Positions 8,192 through 17,548 of a stretch of 44,191 bases of DNA are shown in pieces. Position 1 is the stretch's first letter, and every line of letters starts with the position of its first letter. Source of the DNA: an uncultured archaeon (GTDB lineage Archaea; Aenigmatarchaeota; Aenigmatarchaeia; CG10238-14; SCSR01); assembly GCA_964514495.1 (NCBI GenBank), contig CAZERL010000001.1:1-44191 (forward strand), written 5' to 3'. Under the pieces are notes generated by a model. It did not search any database, was not told the origin of the DNA, and worked only from the letters and a program-made list of their open reading frames with translations. A program made the translations under genes and the position numbers.

Positions 8192-9339
8192 ACCATAAGT
8201 TCATTGTAGAGGTTTATGTAAGAATCAGTAACCTTCTTTACCGAGAATTCCTTTTCTACAAGTGTCCTGGCGTTCTTGCCTAACTTTTTCCCAAGAGCCT
8301 TGTCTTCAATCAAATTTAGAATGCCTTGAGCTATGCTTTCATGGTCCGCACGTTTTGCAAGCATTGCTATATCTAACGTAGGAACGTTATTCTCACCTGG
8401 CAGGCATTCTATTTCTGTCAGGACATTTGGAGTTCCAGATGCAAGAGATTCTAACACAGTAACACTGCCAGGATGACTGAATATAAAAGAATCAACAATA
8501 ATATCAGCAGCTCTGTAATAGTTTGGCATTTGTTTTTGTGGAACCCAACCTATGAATTTTACAGTTCCATTCAAATTGAGTTTATCAGTGAGATTTTGTA
8601 ATTTGTTGAGCATGCGGCCAGTACCACCTATAACTAACTTACAATCAAAGTTTTCTTTAGATACAATCTCCATTGCTCTGATTATATGAGCTATACCCAA
8701 TGCATTTGTGAGATACATGGGTTTTGCAGTGAAAATAATTTTTTCCGCATCCACCAATCTCTCTCTTACGGTTTTACCATCTACATTCGGACTAAACCTT
8801 TTTGTATCTACAGCACCAGGAATAACCATGCACTTACTTTCTTCTATGCCCCATTTGAGGAAATATTTATCAAGGATGTATCTACCCCATGATGCAAGGA
8901 CATCGAAATGCATTCTAGGTAATAAAAACTTGTGAAGTTGGAATAGCATCTTTGAATAAAGGCTCACATTCGAAACTCCCTCTATTGTTAAGACATGCGG
9001 TATTTTCTGTTTCTTTGCAAAGAGTCCAGCAGATGGTGCTGGGAACAAATGCTCGGAATGCATTAGTTCAAAATCTTCCTTTTTATGAATGTTTTCTATA
9101 ACCGGTGAAACTTTTGTCATGAATTCAAAGTAATCGGCAAAGATAGGCAACTCAAGATTAGTTCTATATACAGAAAGGCCACCTCTTTTCTCAACGGCTT
9201 TTGCAGAACCATTCCTTCTGGTCGTCACAACAACGACTTCAAAGCCATTGTCAACCAGCTCATTTACGAAATCATTGCTATAAGATGCGGCTGCTGTTTC
9301 TGCGGGTGGAAATGCATGTGTTAGAAAGCAGATTTTCAT
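8188..9339 (-). CDS. GT4 (group 1) glycosyltransferase
   Basis: 383 aa. MKICFLTHAFPP N-terminus and a C-terminal GT-B domain with SVTVLESLASGTPNV (E-x7-E-like region). Confidence 0.85.
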   Translation of the reverse strand: MKICFLTHAFPPAETAAASYSNDFVNELVDNGFEVVVVTTRRNGSAKAVEKRGGLSVYRTNLELPIFADYFEFMTKVSPVIENIHKKEDFELMHSEHLFPAPSAGLFAKKQKIPHVLTIEGVSNVSLYSKMLFQLHKFLLPRMHFDVLASWGRYILDKYFLKWGIEESKCMVIPGAVDTKRFSPNVDGKTVRERLVDAEKIIFTAKPMYLTNALGIAHIIRAMEIVSKENFDCKLVIGGTGRMLNKLQNLTDKLNLNGTVKFIGWVPQKQMPNYYRAADIIVDSFIFSHPGSVTVLESLASGTPNVLTEIECLPGENNVPTLDIAMLAKRADHESIAQGILNLIEDKALGKKLGKNARTLVEKEFSVKKVTDSYINLYNELMV

Positions 9340-9448
9340 TCAAGCACCTTGCAAAAGTACAAGCATTATTTACCAAGCCTATAAATTTAAAATATTAGAT
9401 TCAATTAAATAACTGCCTTTAAATAGGTAAAAATAGTAAGCCAGTTGT

Positions 9449-10264
9449 ATGTCAGTTTCTGTCATAATACCAGTATACAATGACGAAGGGTATGTTGGAA
9501 AACTATTGGACAGTCTGACAAAGCAGACAAAAAAGAGCTTCGAAGTTATCGTGATTGACGATGAATCTAAAGACAGCACAGTGAACATAGTAAATCAATT
9601 CATGGAGAAGTTGAACCTGAAACTGCTTTCATCCGGCAAACACAATCAATCATACTCAAGAAATCTAGGAATTAAGACTGCTAAAGGAGACATATTGGTT
9701 AATCTCGATTCCGATTGCTCTGTCAATGAGACCTTCATCGAAGGTATAATCGAGGCTTTTGAAGGTGACAACATAGAAGGCCTTAAAGTCGGCGAGAACT
9801 TTGCCATGGATCATCTGTTGGAGAAAGTAGACAACCTCAGGACCATGTCAAAGTACCGGGGCTATACACAAACAGTTAGGGTCTTCAAGAAAGGCTACAT
9901 GTACGATGACGATTTGGTATGCTTTGGTGACGATTTCGTTATACATAGAAAAATCAAGGGCAAAATAGGATATACTAAAAAGTCAACGATTATTAGTCAT
10001 CGTTTTCATTCTTGGTCTGACATAGTAAAATCTTGGAAAAGGTACCCAAGCGGTTTCGTCTATTATAGCAAGTACGAAAATCCGTTGAAAGGCTTCTTTC
10101 CATTGTTGTTGCCTGTGATTTCACCGATTGCAACTGCAATTGCTTTAATTAAATATAGAGATCCTGCAGCACTATTCATACCAATATATGATGTAGTCAG
10201 AAGTGCAGCCTATTTGTATGGGATGATAACAAACCCTATGCAGATGATCAGAGGAAGTAAGTAA
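9449..10264 (+). CDS. GT2 glycosyltransferase
   Basis: 271 aa. VSVIIPVYNDEGYV..FEVIVIDDESKDST..LDSDC (DxD). C-terminal hydrophobic helix. Confidence 0.85.
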   Translation: MSVSVIIPVYNDEGYVGKLLDSLTKQTKKSFEVIVIDDESKDSTVNIVNQFMEKLNLKLLSSGKHNQSYSRNLGIKTAKGDILVNLDSDCSVNETFIEGIIEAFEGDNIEGLKVGENFAMDHLLEKVDNLRTMSKYRGYTQTVRVFKKGYMYDDDLVCFGDDFVIHRKIKGKIGYTKKSTIISHRFHSWSDIVKSWKRYPSGFVYYSKYENPLKGFFPLLLPVISPIATAIALIKYRDPAALFIPIYDVVRSAAYLYGMITNPMQMIRGSK

Positions 10265-11356
10265 CTATTTTTCATAAATTTTTTCTATCCTGTCAATAAT
10301 ACCATTCCAATCAAATTTTTTGGTCGATATTCTAGCATTTCTACCCAATCGTTTTTGCAAATTTGTATTTTCGAGTACGCTAGAAATAATTTCTGCAGCC
10401 TTTTTGTAATTTTCAAAGTCTACAATGAAACCGTTTTTGCCATTTTCAACTATTTCATGCATGGTTTCTATATCGTTTACAATTGCCGGCAAACCAGAAG
10501 CCATAGCCTCCACGACACTTGTTCCAAAGCCCTCGTATTCAGATGACAATAGGAATATGTTAGACTTTGAAAAGTATCTGTAATGATTCCTTATTTTACT
10601 CAAAAACCGCACATGAGTTTTCAAGTTTAATTTTTTTGCCAATTTCAGTAACTTGGTTTTCTCTCCCCAATCTTCTCCAATTAATAGAAGTTTCGCATCT
10701 TTTACCCTTACTTTTAACTCAGCCATGACATGGAGCATTCTATCCAATCTTTTGTTCTCCGCAAATCTTCCAACATACAAAAGTGTATTCTTGTTTTTAA
10801 CACGTTTGAGCTTGCCTAATTCAGTCCAATTTACGCCAGGATAAACAACCCCCATTTTACCCTCGTCGCATATCTTTGAAAAAAGTTTGAAGTCCTTATG
10901 GCTCGTTGCAATTATGAAATCTGCATGCTTTAACGATTCCTTAACTAGTGATTTGAAATAAATTTTCTTGATGAACTTCATGTGGGGCGTGTGAAATATT
11001 CCTCCATGCGTGCTTACAATTATTTTACCAGATTTCCTGCTCTTAATTATATTTATGATATCTGTAAAAAATCCTATTGAATTGATGTGCAACACATCAT
11101 AATCCAAGTTTGGCAACATCTTGAGTGCACTTGGCGAGAAGTTATATCTCATGACCAATTTAAAAGGTACACGGTATACCTTGATACCATCGATTTCTTC
11201 GAATTTTTTCAGTCTTTTGCCGTTCCTAAGCCTATCACTAGTCACCACAGATACCTCATGGCCTCTGTCAGCCAGCCTTCTAGATAACTCATAAACGTAA
11301 GTCTCTATGCCGCCGATGGAAGGATAAAAATTCGGCGTTAAATATACAATGTGCAT
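10265..11356 (-). CDS. GT4 (group 1) glycosyltransferase
   Basis: MHIVYLTPNFYPSIGGIE and SSEYEGFGTSVVEAMASGLPAI (E-x7-E). I prefer the ATG at 11356; the ORF track extends to a GTG at 11365. Confidence 0.85.
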   Translation of the reverse strand: MHIVYLTPNFYPSIGGIETYVYELSRRLADRGHEVSVVTSDRLRNGKRLKKFEEIDGIKVYRVPFKLVMRYNFSPSALKMLPNLDYDVLHINSIGFFTDIINIIKSRKSGKIIVSTHGGIFHTPHMKFIKKIYFKSLVKESLKHADFIIATSHKDFKLFSKICDEGKMGVVYPGVNWTELGKLKRVKNKNTLLYVGRFAENKRLDRMLHVMAELKVRVKDAKLLLIGEDWGEKTKLLKLAKKLNLKTHVRFLSKIRNHYRYFSKSNIFLLSSEYEGFGTSVVEAMASGLPAIVNDIETMHEIVENGKNGFIVDFENYKKAAEIISSVLENTNLQKRLGRNARISTKKFDWNGIIDRIEKIYEK

Positions 11357-11402
11357 ATGTTCCACAAACCTTTATGAGACTATCTTTAAATTAATACTAC
11401 GT

Positions 11403-12314
11403 ATGGGCATGAAAGGCGCAAGCATAATAGTATCAACTTATAATAGATCATATCTTTTAAAAAAAGTTTTAAATGCTTTACTGAACCAAAAGACTCGACA
11501 CAAGTACGAGATAATAGTCATCAACGATAATTCCAAAGATAATACTAAGGCTGTTCTTGGACAATACAGAAAGAACTGGAAAATTAGGATAATAAATCTT
11601 AATAAGACGCTGGGACCAGCAATAACCAGAAATTTCGGTTTCAAAGCAGCCAAATATCTAGTTTCTATAGTCATGGACGACGATTGCATAGCAGGTGATA
11701 AGTGGTTGGACAAAATGATGGAGCCATTTCATGATCAAGAAGTCGGCGTCAGTTCACATTATTATGTCAAGTCGAATGGCGAATATTTTTATGGCGGCAC
11801 TAGTACAGCCTATCTAACTAAAGCCGTTAAGTCTGCAGGTTATTTCGATTATAGATTTACAGCATTGCCAATTAAATTTACTTTCAGGGAAGATACAGAT
11901 TTAGTGCTGCGTATCAATAATTTAGGGTTTAAAGTAGTTTATGCTAAAGGAGCAAACTTCACACATGTGCACAAATTACCAACCAAGCTGATAGATAAGA
12001 TACGATATTTGGTGACTAGAATCTGGATACACCAAGCAGATGTTCTGTTGTATAAAAAGCATCCAGAAAAATCCAAAATTCTTTTGGGAATAAAAGCAGG
12101 ATTTCTTATACCACCTCTCTCAGATTATAGAAAAGCCACAGGATTGTGGGGGAGTAACTCCCTATCCGTCTCAAGCCCTCAAGGCGTTGCATTTATCCGC
12201 GGAGGCAATATTTTATCCACCTTTGTTATAATGTCAATAGGCATAGCATACACATTTTTGATGAAACTTGTCAGATTATATGGCAGCATAAGATACAACA
12301 AGTTGCTTTTGTGA
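11403..12314 (+). CDS. GT2 glycosyltransferase
   Basis: ASIIVSTYNRSYLL..EIIVINDNSKDNT..MDDDC. I chose the ATG at 11403. The ORF-track start at 11349 would overlap the divergent GT4 start. Confidence 0.8.
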   Translation: MGMKGASIIVSTYNRSYLLKKVLNALLNQKTRHKYEIIVINDNSKDNTKAVLGQYRKNWKIRIINLNKTLGPAITRNFGFKAAKYLVSIVMDDDCIAGDKWLDKMMEPFHDQEVGVSSHYYVKSNGEYFYGGTSTAYLTKAVKSAGYFDYRFTALPIKFTFREDTDLVLRINNLGFKVVYAKGANFTHVHKLPTKLIDKIRYLVTRIWIHQADVLLYKKHPEKSKILLGIKAGFLIPPLSDYRKATGLWGSNSLSVSSPQGVAFIRGGNILSTFVIMSIGIAYTFLMKLVRLYGSIRYNKLLL

Positions 12315-12351
12315 AATATCGTTCCATTAGTTTTATTTATAAAATTGCGAA

Positions 12352-12813
12352 ATGATACCGATGAAAATAGGAATAGCCTGCAGTCCAGGAGGGCATTTAA
12401 CAGAAGCTTTACAAATGTTACCGATTTTGAACAAACATAAAATTTTCTTTTACACAATTGACGTGGAACACACTAGAAAAAATCTAGGAAAATATAAACG
12501 ATACTTGATACAAAATCCCATTAGAAACCCATTAAAGTACATCTCAGTAATTATTTCTTCCCTTTCTATATTGCTTAAAGAAAAACCGAAGGTTATAATT
12601 TCATTCGGAGCAGGGCCAACAGTTCCTATCGCATTGCTAGGCAAACTTCTATTTGGAAGTAAACTAATTTATATCGAATGTTCTGCGCAAGTTTATGAAC
12701 CATCCCTTTCAGGTAAAATTCTCTATCCATTTTCTGATTTGTTTTTTGTCCAGTGGAGATATCTAAAAGAAAAATATGGAGATAAAGCAATCTATGGGGG
12801 TTTGTTAATATGA
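12352..12813 (+). CDS. Alg14-like membrane-anchor subunit of a split GT (Cps14F/PssD type)
   Basis: 153 aa. KIGIACSPGGHLTEAL ... KPKVIISFGAGPTVP ... LIYIECSAQVYEPSLSGKILYPFSDLFFVQW matches the Alg14/Cps14F pattern as I recall it. Confidence 0.85.
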   Translation: MIPMKIGIACSPGGHLTEALQMLPILNKHKIFFYTIDVEHTRKNLGKYKRYLIQNPIRNPLKYISVIISSLSILLKEKPKVIISFGAGPTVPIALLGKLLFGSKLIYIECSAQVYEPSLSGKILYPFSDLFFVQWRYLKEKYGDKAIYGGLLI

Positions 12814-13286
12814 TTCTAGTAGCTACAGGTACTCACCCACAGCAATTTAACAGGCTCATACAAGCAGTCGATAATCTTGTAGGAAACAATGCTATCAATG
12901 GAAAAGTTGTAATTCAAGTCGGTTATTCAACTTATATACCAAAGAATGCTAAGTGGTTCAGATTCACTGGATATCCGAATATGCTTAGGTTGATTAAAAA
13001 ATCGTTAATTGTAATTACACATGGTGGAATAGGATCCATTTTACTTTCAGTCAAACTGAACAAAAAAATAATAGTTGTGCCAAGGTTAAAGAAATTTAAC
13101 GAACATACAAACGATCATCAACTTGAAATTGTGAAAGAGTTAGCGAAACAAGGAAAAATCATTCCAGTTTACGATATATCAAAACTGTATACAGCAATAA
13201 AAAGCGCAAAATTGTTCAATCCTAATAAATTCGAAAAAAACAACTTAATCTTAGACATGACAAAAAAGTTTTTGAGTGGATTGTGA
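12810..13286 (+). CDS. Alg13-like catalytic subunit (GT28 C-terminal domain, Cps14G/PssE type)
   Basis: 158 aa. MILVATGTHPQQFNRLIQAVD ... VITHGGIGSIL ... VVPRLKKFNEHTNDHQLEI. ATGA overlap with the Alg14-like gene. Confidence 0.85.
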   Translation: MILVATGTHPQQFNRLIQAVDNLVGNNAINGKVVIQVGYSTYIPKNAKWFRFTGYPNMLRLIKKSLIVITHGGIGSILLSVKLNKKIIVVPRLKKFNEHTNDHQLEIVKELAKQGKIIPVYDISKLYTAIKSAKLFNPNKFEKNNLILDMTKKFLSGL

Positions 13287-13290
13287 GTAT

Positions 13291-14448
13291 ATGATTATGC
13301 GAGTGTTGCAGCTAGGTAAATACTATTATCCGCATATGGGGGGAATTGAAAACCAACTCTATGTCTTATCAACAGAATTAGCTAAACTAGGAAATGATGT
13401 TACAGTTGCTGTTAGTAACGACAAACCAAAATTTTCGAAAGAAATTATATCTGGCGTTAAAGTACTTAGGTATCCTTTAATTACCAAAATAAAAAACGCA
13501 CCCGTCTCTTCATTTCCAGCCTTTGATGCAAAACAATTTGACATAGTTCACGTTCATTTACCAAATCCTTTAGCATCAATTCACGCGCTTTTAAATTATA
13601 CCGGAAATTTAGTCGTAACCTACCACAGTGATATAATAAAAGAAGGAATTTTGCCTAAATTGGCAAACATTATTTATACGAAGACAGTTTTATCGCAACT
13701 ACTGAAAAGAGCTAAAGTAATCATAGCAACAAGCCCAAACTACGTCTCGGGTTCTAAAATTTTGCAGAAATTTAATCATAAAGTAAAAGTGGTTCCGTAT
13801 GGTATCGATTTGAATTTATTTAAATTGAATTCTGCTTCTTCAAAGAAATTGGAGCAATTAAAGAAAAATTATGTCGGTAAGAAAGTTCTTTTGTTTGTAG
13901 GTAGATTGGTTCCTTACAAAGGCTTGAAATATCTTATTCATGCAATGCGGGAGGTTGTCGAAAAATATAATGAAATTGTTTTATTGATTGTTGGTGATGG
14001 TGTATTGAAATCTGAGTTGGAAGATATTGTTAAAAAACTAAACTTAACTAATCATGTTAAATTTTTATCTGAAATTCATAACAAAGACTTAACCCCTTAC
14101 TATTACCTGTCTGATATTTTTATCCTGCCGTCTATTTACAAATCTGAAGCTTTTGGAATAGTCCAATTGGAGGCAATGGCATGTTCGAAGCCAATTATAT
14201 CAACAAATGTACTTGGTAGTGGTATAAGCTACGTTAATAAAAACAACGAAACCGGTATTATAGTAGAGTCATACGATTCTGGAAAATTGTCATCAGCCAT
14301 GGTAAAACTTTTAAAAAACAATTCACTGAGGAAGAAACTTGGAAATAATGGTAAGCACAGAGTCAATACGCTTTTTTCAAAAGAAACAATGGTAAAAAAC
14401 ATCTTAAATATTTACAATCTCATTTTAAAGCATCCTTCGGAATCTTAA
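13291..14448 (+). CDS. GT4 (group 1) glycosyltransferase
   Basis: MIMRVLQLGKYYYPHMGGIE and PSIYKSEAFGIVQLEAMACSKPII (E-x7-E). I prefer the ATG at 13291 over the GTG at 13276, which overlaps the previous gene. Confidence 0.85.
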   Translation: MIMRVLQLGKYYYPHMGGIENQLYVLSTELAKLGNDVTVAVSNDKPKFSKEIISGVKVLRYPLITKIKNAPVSSFPAFDAKQFDIVHVHLPNPLASIHALLNYTGNLVVTYHSDIIKEGILPKLANIIYTKTVLSQLLKRAKVIIATSPNYVSGSKILQKFNHKVKVVPYGIDLNLFKLNSASSKKLEQLKKNYVGKKVLLFVGRLVPYKGLKYLIHAMREVVEKYNEIVLLIVGDGVLKSELEDIVKKLNLTNHVKFLSEIHNKDLTPYYYLSDIFILPSIYKSEAFGIVQLEAMACSKPIISTNVLGSGISYVNKNNETGIIVESYDSGKLSSAMVKLLKNNSLRKKLGNNGKHRVNTLFSKETMVKNILNIYNLILKHPSES

Positions 14449-15982
14449 ACTTGGTACATACAATTTCTCTTGTAGCGCACACATAATTACACAAATCGAC
14501 TTTTTCTTCTTCACTGTAATCATTATTCTTTATTACAGAAAACCTGCTAAAACCCTTTATTTTCACGAAAGCTTCATTTTCATCTATATACTTCATAAAA
14601 TCATTTTGTTTTTCTTTAAAACCTTGTCTGTCTTCATCCACTACTATATATTTTATGCCAAATTTCCGCATCAGCACGTCATAACTTTCATTCAAGAACT
14701 CAATTACACAAGGTCTTAGAACTTGATGTTCGAAGTTACTATTTCTAGCAATTTCAAAAATAAATGGGGATGCAGTTCCCAAGCCTGTATTAATCAATAC
14801 ATTCCCACTATTATCTTCCAGAATATACTTGGCAACACCCTCAACTTCTGGGAAACCGTAGATTAAATTTGCGAATGAAACCACATACTGGATTAGTGCG
14901 AGTACAACAATTAGTGTTAGTAGTATATGAGTACTGATTAGTTTTTTTAAAACCTTATGTAAAATATAAGAGCCAGGTATTACGAATGCTGGCAGAAAAT
15001 TCAAAGTATATCTGACATCTTTATTGTGTACTATTGTCATGATAAGATAAACAACTAATATCCATGTGGCAAAAAATTTCCAATCACGCTCTTTATTTAG
15101 GAAATAGGCAAATGTAGCCAGCGCTATTAAAATTCCTATAGGTAAAAAGAATTGGTCTTTTACAAAAGCCGACAAATAATAAACCCATCCTTTAGGTTGC
15201 ATCCAAGTGGGATCAAGCGGATCCGCTTCCAAATTCGCACTTAGCGGCAATAGCAGTAAGTTAGCTTTCCATAGCAGCAGGTAGTATGGCATTAACAAAG
15301 CTGTTGAAATTACTAGAGAAAATAATGTATACCTGAGTAGTCTTCTTTCAAAAACTATAACATACAGAAGAATTGCTGGAAAAATTGTAATTGCCTGCCA
15401 CTTAGTTAAGGTGGTTAGTGTCATTAAAACCGATAGTATTAGAAAATTTCTAATTTCAGGCTTCCCGCCTTTAATTAGATAGAGCCACATCATGGTAAGC
15501 GTGAAGAAAAATGCAAACGACATTTCCTGCATGGCTAAAATCGACATGTTTATTATGATAGGCGCAGTCATTAGCAAAGAAGTCGCAATGAACGCAACTA
15601 TCCTACTTTTGAAAATTATATTTGTGAATGAGTAAACTGTAAGCAAAAGCGCTAATGATGTCAAGATAATGACTAGCCTGCTAACTTGCAACGATGCTCC
15701 AAATATATTGTATGCTATTGAAAATAAGAACTGTGGTAAGGGCGGATAGTGTAAAGATATTTTAGGATAATATACCAGATACGAATTTAGATAATTATAG
15801 ATTTTATCGTACGATAGCGTAGGGGTTTTTATCAAATCATTCAAAAGATCTTTAAGAACCAGTCCAACAAATGAGTGCGTTGATTCATCTACATGATGCG
15901 GATTGTTGATAGGCATCAATAATGCAAACGTATAAATTATTGCAAATGTCACTAGGGTTTTATCTATTTTAAATCTAATCAT
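14420..15982 (-). CDS. GT-C fold glycosyltransferase, PMT/ArnT-like (GT39/GT83-like)
   Basis: 520 aa with more than 10 predicted TM helices. First-loop acidic motif HHVDESTH, then LHYPPLPQFL (the hPPL block typical of PMT_2/ArnT proteins). Cys-containing soluble C-terminal domain. Confidence 0.75.
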   Translation of the reverse strand: MIRFKIDKTLVTFAIIYTFALLMPINNPHHVDESTHSFVGLVLKDLLNDLIKTPTLSYDKIYNYLNSYLVYYPKISLHYPPLPQFLFSIAYNIFGASLQVSRLVIILTSLALLLTVYSFTNIIFKSRIVAFIATSLLMTAPIIINMSILAMQEMSFAFFFTLTMMWLYLIKGGKPEIRNFLILSVLMTLTTLTKWQAITIFPAILLYVIVFERRLLRYTLFSLVISTALLMPYYLLLWKANLLLLPLSANLEADPLDPTWMQPKGWVYYLSAFVKDQFFLPIGILIALATFAYFLNKERDWKFFATWILVVYLIMTIVHNKDVRYTLNFLPAFVIPGSYILHKVLKKLISTHILLTLIVVLALIQYVVSFANLIYGFPEVEGVAKYILEDNSGNVLINTGLGTASPFIFEIARNSNFEHQVLRPCVIEFLNESYDVLMRKFGIKYIVVDEDRQGFKEKQNDFMKYIDENEAFVKIKGFSRFSVIKNNDYSEEEKVDLCNYVCATREIVCTKFKIPKDALK

Positions 15983-16021
15983 TACTAATATTCTACCCAG
16001 TCCAATTTAAAAAGTGAATGT

Positions 16022-17548
16022 ATGAAGCTTAGGAAACTTGCATCTAATGTCGCTTATCTAACGATGGATTGGGTATCTATAACTGTATTGTCATCTTTAT
16101 TTTGGATAATTTCTGGTAAATTGTTGAGTTCTACAGAACTTGGTATAGTATCCACTGCAATTAATTTCGCCACTATACTGCAATTTTTCAGTACGCTTGG
16201 GATAGGTATAGCATTATCTAAGCTTATATCTGAATTTTCAGGAAACTCTAATGAGTATAAAATAAAAAATATTCTAAGTTCAGCAATTAAGTTGCTTCTA
16301 ATTTCAAATTTGTTACTGGTTCTTCTAGTTTTTGCATTTGTTGAGAATTTATCATCCGCGATTAAACTTACGCAGCAAACTATACTGATATCAATTGTAA
16401 TTGCTGTGTTCCTATCAATTTCAAACGTAGCCGGTTACATAATAATCGGGTTTCAAAATATGCGGAAATTAATGCTGACAAATTTGTTTTATCATCTAGC
16501 TAAAGTGTCGATTTCAGCGATTCTTGTTTTTATGGGTTTTAGTTTTCTCGGACCATTATTCGGCATAACTTTAGGGTTGTTACTTCTAATTATTCTAAGA
16601 CTAGACAGCTTCAGATTAGTTAAATTTGATTTGAAATCCCAAAATTACTATAGGGACATCCTGCAATATTCAATGCCAGCTTTCTTCGGTGGAATGGCAT
16701 ACTTAACCTTCAGCAATGCCCCATATATCACGCTTACTGTGGTGCAAGATCTATCGATTACGGGACTATTCACTCCTGCGATGCTACTGGCAACACCACT
16801 ATTTATTTTCCCATCTATCTTTGCATCCTCGCTGTTTCCTATAATTTCCAATCTAAGTGGACAAATAAAAGGAAGTAATGAAAACGCATTTTTGCTAAAT
16901 ATAGCATTTCGATATATAATTTTCCTAGCTTTACCGTTAGCAGTCTTTCTGATACTTTTTTCAGATCAAATAATTTTACTTCTCTTTAAACCAGAGTATC
17001 TGCCTGCAGCCGGACTTCTGAAAATCCTTTCTATAGGCACTTTACTTCAGGGCTTTAGTGGTATTTTCTTGAATGCTATCTATGCCTTGAAGAAACCAAA
17101 AATCCAGCAAAACATTTTAATCTCTGGGGCACTATTTTTCATCCTTCTATCTATACCATTTACGTATTATTACTCCGCTACTGGCATGAGCATAGCTTAT
17201 ATAATCTCTAACTTTATACTTTTCACTCTCAGTTATGTTTATTTAAGAAAATTAATTAGAATCAAGTTACCATATTCCGACATTTTTAAAATTTCACTGG
17301 CTGCGATTTTAATAACAGGCTTCATAGCATTAACTAAGCCAATGCTTCCAAATTTATTATCGGTCCTATTAGTTTTGCCTAGCATGGCAATTTTCCTTGT
17401 TTCTCTATTTTACATTAACTTCTATAATTCCTTGGATTTGAGATTGATAGAATTTTTATATTTGCGCGCGCCTAAATACCTCAAACTTCCACTAAAGTTA
17501 TCTTCCGAGATATTGCGAGCGAAATTAAAAAATACCTCTAGACAATAA
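16022..17548 (+). CDS. Wzx-type oligosaccharide flippase (MOP superfamily)
   Basis: 508 aa, about 14 hydrophobic helices, with the typical polysaccharide-biosynthesis-protein architecture. Confidence 0.8.
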   Translation: MKLRKLASNVAYLTMDWVSITVLSSLFWIISGKLLSSTELGIVSTAINFATILQFFSTLGIGIALSKLISEFSGNSNEYKIKNILSSAIKLLLISNLLLVLLVFAFVENLSSAIKLTQQTILISIVIAVFLSISNVAGYIIIGFQNMRKLMLTNLFYHLAKVSISAILVFMGFSFLGPLFGITLGLLLLIILRLDSFRLVKFDLKSQNYYRDILQYSMPAFFGGMAYLTFSNAPYITLTVVQDLSITGLFTPAMLLATPLFIFPSIFASSLFPIISNLSGQIKGSNENAFLLNIAFRYIIFLALPLAVFLILFSDQIILLLFKPEYLPAAGLLKILSIGTLLQGFSGIFLNAIYALKKPKIQQNILISGALFFILLSIPFTYYYSATGMSIAYIISNFILFTLSYVYLRKLIRIKLPYSDIFKISLAAILITGFIALTKPMLPNLLSVLLVLPSMAIFLVSLFYINFYNSLDLRLIEFLYLRAPKYLKLPLKLSSEILRAKLKNTSRQ

